Shown here: piece after piece, positions 58,230 to 64,000 of the stretch
Numbering within the stretch: the stretch's first letter is position 1
Layout: each line of letters begins with the position of its first letter
Source of the DNA: Escherichia coli
Lineage (GTDB): Bacteria; Pseudomonadota; Gammaproteobacteria; Enterobacterales; Enterobacteriaceae
DNA length: 64,000 bases
Direction: 5' to 3' (one strand)
NCBI RefSeq assembly: GCF_030384885.1
Contig: NZ_CP128613.1
Position numbers and translations under genes: made by a program
The notes under the pieces: generated by a model
The model's input: only the letters and a program-made list of their open reading frames with translations
Databases searched by the model: none
Told to the model about the DNA's origin: nothing

Positions 58230-59480
58230 ATGGATGTCATGAGAAGTGTTCTGGGAATGGTGGTACTGCTGGCAATTGCGTTTTTGCTGTCAGTAAACAA
58301 GAAGAAGATCAGCCTGCGTACCGTTGGCGCGGCGTTAGTGTTACAGGTCGTGATTGGCGGCATTATGCTTTGGTTACCGCCAGGGCGTTGGGTCGCAGAA
58401 AAAGTCGCTTTTGGCGTGCATAAAGTGATGGCGTACAGCGACGCAGGTAGCGCATTTATCTTCGGTTCTCTGGTTGGACCGAAAATGGACACCTTATTTG
58501 ATGGCGCAGGATTTATCTTTGGTTTCAGGGTATTACCGGCAATTATCTTCGTTACAGCACTGGTGAGTATTCTCTACTACATCGGTGTGATGGGGATCTT
58601 AATTCGCATTCTCGGCGGTATATTCCAGAAAGCGTTAAATATCAGCAAGATCGAGTCATTCGTCGCGGTCACTACCATTTTCCTCGGGCAAAACGAAATT
58701 CCGGCAATCGTCAAACCCTTTATCGATCGTCTGAATCGCAATGAATTATTTACAGCGATTTGTAGCGGGATGGCCTCGATTGCTGGTTCGACAATGATTG
58801 GTTACGCCGCACTGGGCGTGCCTGTGGAATATCTGCTGGCGGCATCGTTAATGGCTATCCCTGGCGGGATCTTGTTTGCCCGCATGTTAAGTCCGGCTAC
58901 GGAATCTTCGCAGGTTTCCTTTAATAACCTCTCTTTCACCGAAACACCGCCAAAAAGCATTATTGAAGCCGCTGCTACAGGGGCAATGACCGGGCTGAAA
59001 ATCGCTGCAGGTGTGGCGACAGTGGTGATGGCATTTGTCGCCATCATTGCGTTGATCAACGGTGTTATCGGCGGCGTTGGTGGCTGGTTTGGTTTTGAAC
59101 ATGCCTCGCTGGAGTCCATTTTAGGTTACCTGCTGGCCCCGCTGGCGTGGGTGATGGGGGTTGACTGGAGTGATGCGAATCTTGCCGGGAGTTTGATTGG
59201 ACAGAAACTGGCGATTAATGAATTTGTCGCTTACCTCAATTTCTCACCTTATCTGCAAACAGCTGGCACTCTGGATGCTAAAACCGTGGCGATTATTTCC
59301 TTCGCGTTGTGCGGATTCGCTAACTTTGGTTCTATCGGGGTGGTGGTTGGCGCATTTTCTGCGGTTGCGCCACACCGTGCGCCGGAAATCGCCCAGCTTG
59401 GTTTACGCGCGCTGGCGGCGGCGACACTTTCTAACCTGATGAGTGCCACCATTGCAGGATTCTTTATTGGCTTAGCGTAG
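58230..59480 (+). CDS. nupX: Nucleoside permease NupX (YeiJ), CNT family
   Basis: 416-aa intact ORF; close paralog of the psuT reading frames. Confidence 0.9.
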   Translation: MDVMRSVLGMVVLLAIAFLLSVNKKKISLRTVGAALVLQVVIGGIMLWLPPGRWVAEKVAFGVHKVMAYSDAGSAFIFGSLVGPKMDTLFDGAGFIFGFRVLPAIIFVTALVSILYYIGVMGILIRILGGIFQKALNISKIESFVAVTTIFLGQNEIPAIVKPFIDRLNRNELFTAICSGMASIAGSTMIGYAALGVPVEYLLAASLMAIPGGILFARMLSPATESSQVSFNNLSFTETPPKSIIEAAATGAMTGLKIAAGVATVVMAFVAIIALINGVIGGVGGWFGFEHASLESILGYLLAPLAWVMGVDWSDANLAGSLIGQKLAINEFVAYLNFSPYLQTAGTLDAKTVAIISFALCGFANFGSIGVVVGAFSAVAPHRAPEIAQLGLRALAAATLSNLMSATIAGFFIGLA

Positions 59481-59496
59481 TGCGCGAGTTATGAGC

Positions 59497-59530
59497 CGGA
59501 TAAGACGCGGTCAAGCGTCGAATCCGGCAA
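59497..59530. terminator. REP-like palindromic hairpin between convergent nupX and yeiI
   Basis: GCCGGATaagacgcggtcaagcgtcgaATCCGGC. Confidence 0.5.
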
Positions 59531-59535
59531 GATTG

Positions 59536-60624
59536 TTACACCATCGGCACTAATGAAAGCGCGTTATCGGCAGACAGGGTAGGGTTGTTTAAGCTGCCGC
59601 TGGCGCGTGAAATTGCCGCGCAGGCCATCGCAAAACGGGCACTATCACGGAAACTGCTTCCTTCCAGAAAGCTATACACCAGGCCCGCCATAAAACCATC
59701 GTCAGCACCAAAACTGTCTACCGTCGTATGCGCTGGCGCAGTCAGCAAAAATTGTTCGCCATCCTTTTGGCTGCAATAAACAGACTCATCGGGCAAATAA
59801 ACAAACAGTTGCTGAACGCCTTGCTGATGCAACGCATTCACTGCGGCATTACGATCAGCATCGCGGGTTATCGGCTGGCCCCATAAAATTTCCAGCTCCG
59901 GCAAAGTGGGTTTCAGAGTGTGAATATGCGCCAGCCAGTGTTTGATTTTGCCCGCTTTGAATTCTGAAACGGTATCGACAAACACCGGGATTTCATCAGC
60001 GAGGGTAAAGACCCACTCCAGCGCCTCGGCTGTCAGGTTGCAATCAGCCAGTACCACGCCCGCATGACGAAGTAAATCGCGCGACCCGTTCAGTAGTTGC
60101 GGTGTCAACTGATCCAGCAGATGGGTATCGTTAATCGCCAGCACGGTTTGATCGTCTCGATTGGCAATTGCCAGATACGTCGATGTGCTTTGACCATGTA
60201 AACGAACGCAGCCGGAGACATTCACGCCGGCGCGGCGCGTTTCTTCCAGGAGCATTTCGCCATAAAAGTCATCGCCAATCACTGAAAGCAAATGGACGTC
60301 GCGGCCTAACAGCGCCAGATTGTGGGCGATATTGCGTCCAACGCCGCCTGCCGAGCAATGAATTGTACCGGGATGAGAAGCCGCTTGCGGGTAACGGATA
60401 TCCGCCATCCCGCGAATATCCATATTGATTGTCCCCACCACTACGCAGTATTCCTGCTCGGTGAGAATGTAACCTTTGCCTTTAATCCGACCTTTGCGCA
60501 TTAAATCCATAATATGCGCTGCAACACGCGAACGGCTGATTTGCAGCATATCCGCAATTTCGTTCTGCTGAATCAGCGGGTTACGCCTTAATATTGCAAG
60601 GATCTCCTTCTCCCGGTTATTCAT
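59536..60624 (-). CDS. yeiI: Putative sugar/nucleoside kinase with N-terminal HTH domain YeiI
   Basis: 362-aa ORF; N-terminal HTH (EILAILRRNPLIQQNEIADMLQISRSRV) fused to a pfkB-type kinase domain. Confidence 0.85.
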   Translation of the reverse strand: MNNREKEILAILRRNPLIQQNEIADMLQISRSRVAAHIMDLMRKGRIKGKGYILTEQEYCVVVGTINMDIRGMADIRYPQAASHPGTIHCSAGGVGRNIAHNLALLGRDVHLLSVIGDDFYGEMLLEETRRAGVNVSGCVRLHGQSTSTYLAIANRDDQTVLAINDTHLLDQLTPQLLNGSRDLLRHAGVVLADCNLTAEALEWVFTLADEIPVFVDTVSEFKAGKIKHWLAHIHTLKPTLPELEILWGQPITRDADRNAAVNALHQQGVQQLFVYLPDESVYCSQKDGEQFLLTAPAHTTVDSFGADDGFMAGLVYSFLEGSSFRDSARFAMACAAISRASGSLNNPTLSADNALSLVPMV

Positions 60625-60626
60625 CT

Positions 60627-61484
60627 TCAGGCTACCGCTTTTTCAGTTTGTTGCGCTTTCAGCCAGGCGATCTCTTCTGCCCAGATATCCGGGTTGATGG
60701 TTTCAAGGATCAGCGGAATGCCGTCGAAACGGTCGTCCTGCATGATCCAGCGGAACGCATCATGACCGATATTGCCTTCACCGAGGCTATGATGGCGGTC
60801 AACGCGGCTGCCAAAGGTGCTTTTCGCATCGTTAAGGTGCATCCCGCGCAGATACTTAAAGCCGACAATACGGGCAAAATCCGCGAACGTTTTCTCGCAT
60901 TCGGCAGGAGTACGCAAATCATACCCGGCAGCAAAAGCATGGCAGGTATCAATGCAGACGCCGACGCGGGATTTATCTTCCACGCCGTCGATAATCGCCG
61001 CGAGATGTTCGAATTTAAACCCTAAATTGCTGCCCTGACCGGCGGTGTTTTCAATCACCGCTGTCACACCTTGAGTTTTATCCAGCGCAATGTTGATGGA
61101 TTCGGCAATACGCGCAAGGCAATCCTCTTCTGAAATCTGCATCAGATGGCTGCCAGGGTGGAAGTTGAGCAAAGAAAGCCCCAGCTGTTCGCAACGCTGC
61201 ATTTCATCTATAAACGCATCGCGCGATTTTTCCAGAGCTTCAGCGACCGGATGTCCGAGGTTAATCAGATAACTGTCGTGGGGAAGAATTTGCGCCGATG
61301 TGTAGTGATATTTTTCACAGGCGGCTTTGAATTCATCGATGGTTTGCGTCGTGAGCGGTGCGGCACGCCACTGACGTTGGTTTTTGGTGAACAAGGCAAA
61401 CGCGGTTGCGTCGATTTCGGCGGCGCGAATTGCGGCATTTGCCAGACCGCCAGCAGCACTAACGTGCGCTCCAATGTATTTCAT
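60627..61484 (-). CDS. nfo: Endonuclease IV (AP endonuclease)
   Basis: 285-aa [42 protein letters not shown]... Confidence 0.95.
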   Translation of the reverse strand: MKYIGAHVSAAGGLANAAIRAAEIDATAFALFTKNQRQWRAAPLTTQTIDEFKAACEKYHYTSAQILPHDSYLINLGHPVAEALEKSRDAFIDEMQRCEQLGLSLLNFHPGSHLMQISEEDCLARIAESINIALDKTQGVTAVIENTAGQGSNLGFKFEHLAAIIDGVEDKSRVGVCIDTCHAFAAGYDLRTPAECEKTFADFARIVGFKYLRGMHLNDAKSTFGSRVDRHHSLGEGNIGHDAFRWIMQDDRFDGIPLILETINPDIWAEEIAWLKAQQTEKAVA

Positions 61485-61557
61485 GCGAGGACTCCTGTTA
61501 AACCCGCTGGAGGAAAACGGTAATGATAGCGGGTTAACAGGAGCAAGATGTAGTGGT

Positions 61558-62607
61558 TTATGCGATGACGCTTTGAATCACATAGTTAATCGCACCACCA
61601 CCAACAATCAGCCAGGCAAACAGTACCAGAGCCATCAGCAGAGGTTTCGCCCCGGCTTTTTTCAGCGCGCTGACGTGAGTGGTCAGACCCAGCGCCGCCA
61701 TCGCCATTGCCAGCAGGAAGGTATCCAGCGTTACCAGCATATTCACTACGCTCTGCGGTAACAGGTGGAACGAGTTAAAGATGGCAACTACGATGAACAA
61801 GATGGCAAACCACGGAATAGTGATTTTGCTTTTCTCGCCGCTGTTCGCCCCAGACAGCTGTTTAACACGCGCCGCCAGCAGGATGAGGAACGGAGCCAGC
61901 ATCATCACGCGCAGCATTTTGGAAATAACTGCTGCGTTTTCTGCATCCGGGCTGATGGCATGACCTGCCGCCACCACCTGCGCCACTTCGTGCACAGTAG
62001 AACCAATGTAGATACCGAAAGTTTCCGGACTAAACCATTGAGACATCAGCGGATATATCGCCGGGTAGAGGAAAATCGCGACGGTCCCGAAGATAACAAC
62101 GGTTGCAACAGCCACGGTTACTTTACTGGCTTCCGCTTTCACTACCGGCTCAGTCGCCAGTACCGCGGCAGCACCACAGATACTGCTACCGGCACCGATC
62201 AACCAGCTGGTGTGCTTATCCAGACCAAACACTTTCTGCCCCAGGAAGCAAGCCAGCAGGAAGGTACTGGACAGCGTCAACACGTCAATGATGATCCCAC
62301 TGATACCGACATCGGCAATTTGCGAGAACGTCAGACGGAAGCCATAAAGAATGATACCCAGACGTAATAAATATTGCTTGGCAAACAGCACGCCACCGTC
62401 ACAGCTTTTCCAGATGTGCGGATAGATGGTGTTGCCTAAAACCATCCCCAACAAGATTGCGAGGGTGAGGGCACTAAACCCGGCACCCGCAACCGCGGGA
62501 ATGGAACCACCCCACAGGGCGACCCCGGTGATAACTGCACTCAGGGCTAACCCCGGAATAAAATGCCACAGTGTACGATGTTGTTTCTGTAAGGTGATAT
62601 TCGTCAT
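61558..62607 (-). CDS. yeiH: UPF0324 inner membrane protein YeiH
   Basis: 349-aa polytopic membrane ORF, divergent from yeiE. Confidence 0.85.
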   Translation of the reverse strand: MTNITLQKQHRTLWHFIPGLALSAVITGVALWGGSIPAVAGAGFSALTLAILLGMVLGNTIYPHIWKSCDGGVLFAKQYLLRLGIILYGFRLTFSQIADVGISGIIIDVLTLSSTFLLACFLGQKVFGLDKHTSWLIGAGSSICGAAAVLATEPVVKAEASKVTVAVATVVIFGTVAIFLYPAIYPLMSQWFSPETFGIYIGSTVHEVAQVVAAGHAISPDAENAAVISKMLRVMMLAPFLILLAARVKQLSGANSGEKSKITIPWFAILFIVVAIFNSFHLLPQSVVNMLVTLDTFLLAMAMAALGLTTHVSALKKAGAKPLLMALVLFAWLIVGGGAINYVIQSVIA

Positions 62608-62705
62608 AACCCTCTCCTTTAACCGGGCATAAGGTTACGACTAACTGGTTTAAAAATAAAATTGATTATATATTTATAATCAATCTTTATAAGTGGTAAG
62701 CGACT

Positions 62706-63587
62706 ATGCACATCACCCTCCGGCAGTTGGAAGTTTTTGCAGAAGTATTGAAAAGTGGATCAACCACCCAGGCGTCGGTGATGCTGGCGTTGTCGCAATC
62801 AGCAGTGAGCGCAGCCTTGACTGACCTGGAAGGGCAGCTTGGCGTGCAACTGTTTGATCGCGTGGGGAAAAGACTGGTTGTTAATGAACACGGGCGGCTG
62901 CTCTATCCGCGTGCGTTGGCACTGCTTGAACAGGCGATTGAAATCGAACAACTGTTTCGCGAAGACAACGGCGCGATTCGTATCTATGCCAGTAGTACTA
63001 TCGGTAACTACATTCTGCCTGCAGTCATTGCCCGTTATCGCCATGATTATCCGCAGTTGCCGATTGAACTTAGCGTTGGGAACAGCCAGGACGTGATGCA
63101 AGCGGTGCTGGATTTCCGCGTTGATATTGGCTTTATTGAAGGACCGTGCCACAGCACTGAAATCATCTCTGAACCGTGGCTGGAAGACGAGCTGGTGGTT
63201 TTCGCCGCGCCGACTTCGCCGTTGGCTCGTGGTCCGGTCACCTTAGAGCAGCTGGCCGCTGCGCCGTGGATCCTGCGTGAACGCGGTTCCGGCACGCGGG
63301 AGATTGTCGATTATCTGTTGCTGTCACATTTACCGAAGTTTGAGATGGCGATGGAGTTAGGTAACTCCGAGGCAATCAAACATGCGGTGCGTCATGGATT
63401 GGGAATTAGTTGCCTGTCGCGACGGGTCATTGAAGATCAATTGCAGGCAGGCACATTAAGTGAAGTTGCGGTCCCTCTGCCGCGCCTGATGCGTACGTTG
63501 TGGCGTATACATCATCGGCAAAAACACCTTTCCAACGCGCTACGGCGCTTTCTGGACTATTGCGATCCCGCGAATGTACCGCGTTAA
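62706..63587 (+). CDS. yeiE: LysR-type transcriptional regulator YeiE
   Basis: 293-aa ORF; N-terminal LysR HTH ([38 protein letters not shown]). Confidence 0.9.
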   Translation: MHITLRQLEVFAEVLKSGSTTQASVMLALSQSAVSAALTDLEGQLGVQLFDRVGKRLVVNEHGRLLYPRALALLEQAIEIEQLFREDNGAIRIYASSTIGNYILPAVIARYRHDYPQLPIELSVGNSQDVMQAVLDFRVDIGFIEGPCHSTEIISEPWLEDELVVFAAPTSPLARGPVTLEQLAAAPWILRERGSGTREIVDYLLLSHLPKFEMAMELGNSEAIKHAVRHGLGISCLSRRVIEDQLQAGTLSEVAVPLPRLMRTLWRIHHRQKHLSNALRRFLDYCDPANVPR

Positions 63588-63791
63588 GTTGCTGTACAAG
63601 AACATGCTGGTGCTGTGTCGATTTCGTGACGCAGCGCCCGCAGCATGCATTCGCCAGAAAAGAGATTGGCTGCTTTACTTATAATCCCGGGGCGATCATG
63701 AAGGTGTCTTATAACCGTGTATTTCTGCCGGAAGGATTGCCAATCGTCTGCTACAATCGCGCCTCATTTTTAAGATGGATAGCATTTTTGT

Positions 63792-64000
63792 ATGGTTTCC
63801 GAAACTAAAACCACAGAAGCGCCGGGCTTACGCCGTGAATTAAAGGCGCGTCACCTGACGATGATTGCCATTGGCGGTTCCATCGGTACAGGTCTTTTTG
63901 TTGCCTCTGGCGCAACGATTTCTCAGGCAGGTCCGGGCGGGGCATTGCTCTCGTATATGCTGATTGGCCTGATGGTTTACTTCCTGATGACCAGTCTCGG
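63792..64000 (+). CDS. lysP: Lysine-specific permease LysP, N-terminal part (continues past window end)
   Basis: ATG at 63792 then MVSETKTTEAPGLRRELKARHLTMIAIGGSIGTGLF... open to window edge; APC-family signature. Confidence 0.85.
   Translation, partial: MVSETKTTEAPGLRRELKARHLTMIAIGGSIGTGLFVASGATISQAGPGGALLSYMLIGLMVYFLMTSL

Overview
This window reads as a contiguous stretch of Escherichia coli-type core chromosome, not an accessory island, and I found no convincing evidence of a novel system in it. Gene order (window + strand): rcsD (5' part, minus) - micF - ompC - apbE - ada - alkB - yojI - mqo - eco - napFDAGHBC - ccmABCDEFGH - narP - yejO - proL tRNA - yejM - yejL - yejK - rplY - yejH(radD) - rsuA - bcr - yejG - yejFEBA - rtn(pdeN) - mepS(spr) - lpxT - yeiR - yeiQ - yeiP - yeiW - setB - fruBKA - psuKGT - yeiL - rihB - nupX - yeiI - nfo - yeiH - yeiE - lysP (5' part). 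Calls rest on reading the supplied translations and on recalled E. coli K-12 synteny; no database search or alignment was run, and residue-level comparisons to K-12 are from memory. Every long ORF not listed is antisense to or nested in one of these genes. No IS element, prophage, integrase, CRISPR array or toxin-antitoxin pair was seen. Two points are worth follow-up. First, psuT (yeiM) is split into two frames by an apparent 13-bp deletion relative to its intact paralog nupX in the same window. Second, yejO is an intact 864-aa autotransporter here, whereas I recall it as IS5-disrupted in K-12, so the source is probably not K-12 MG1655. Minor regulatory observations are a conserved 28-nt motif ahead of both nucleoside transporter paralogs and direct repeats in the psuK promoter.
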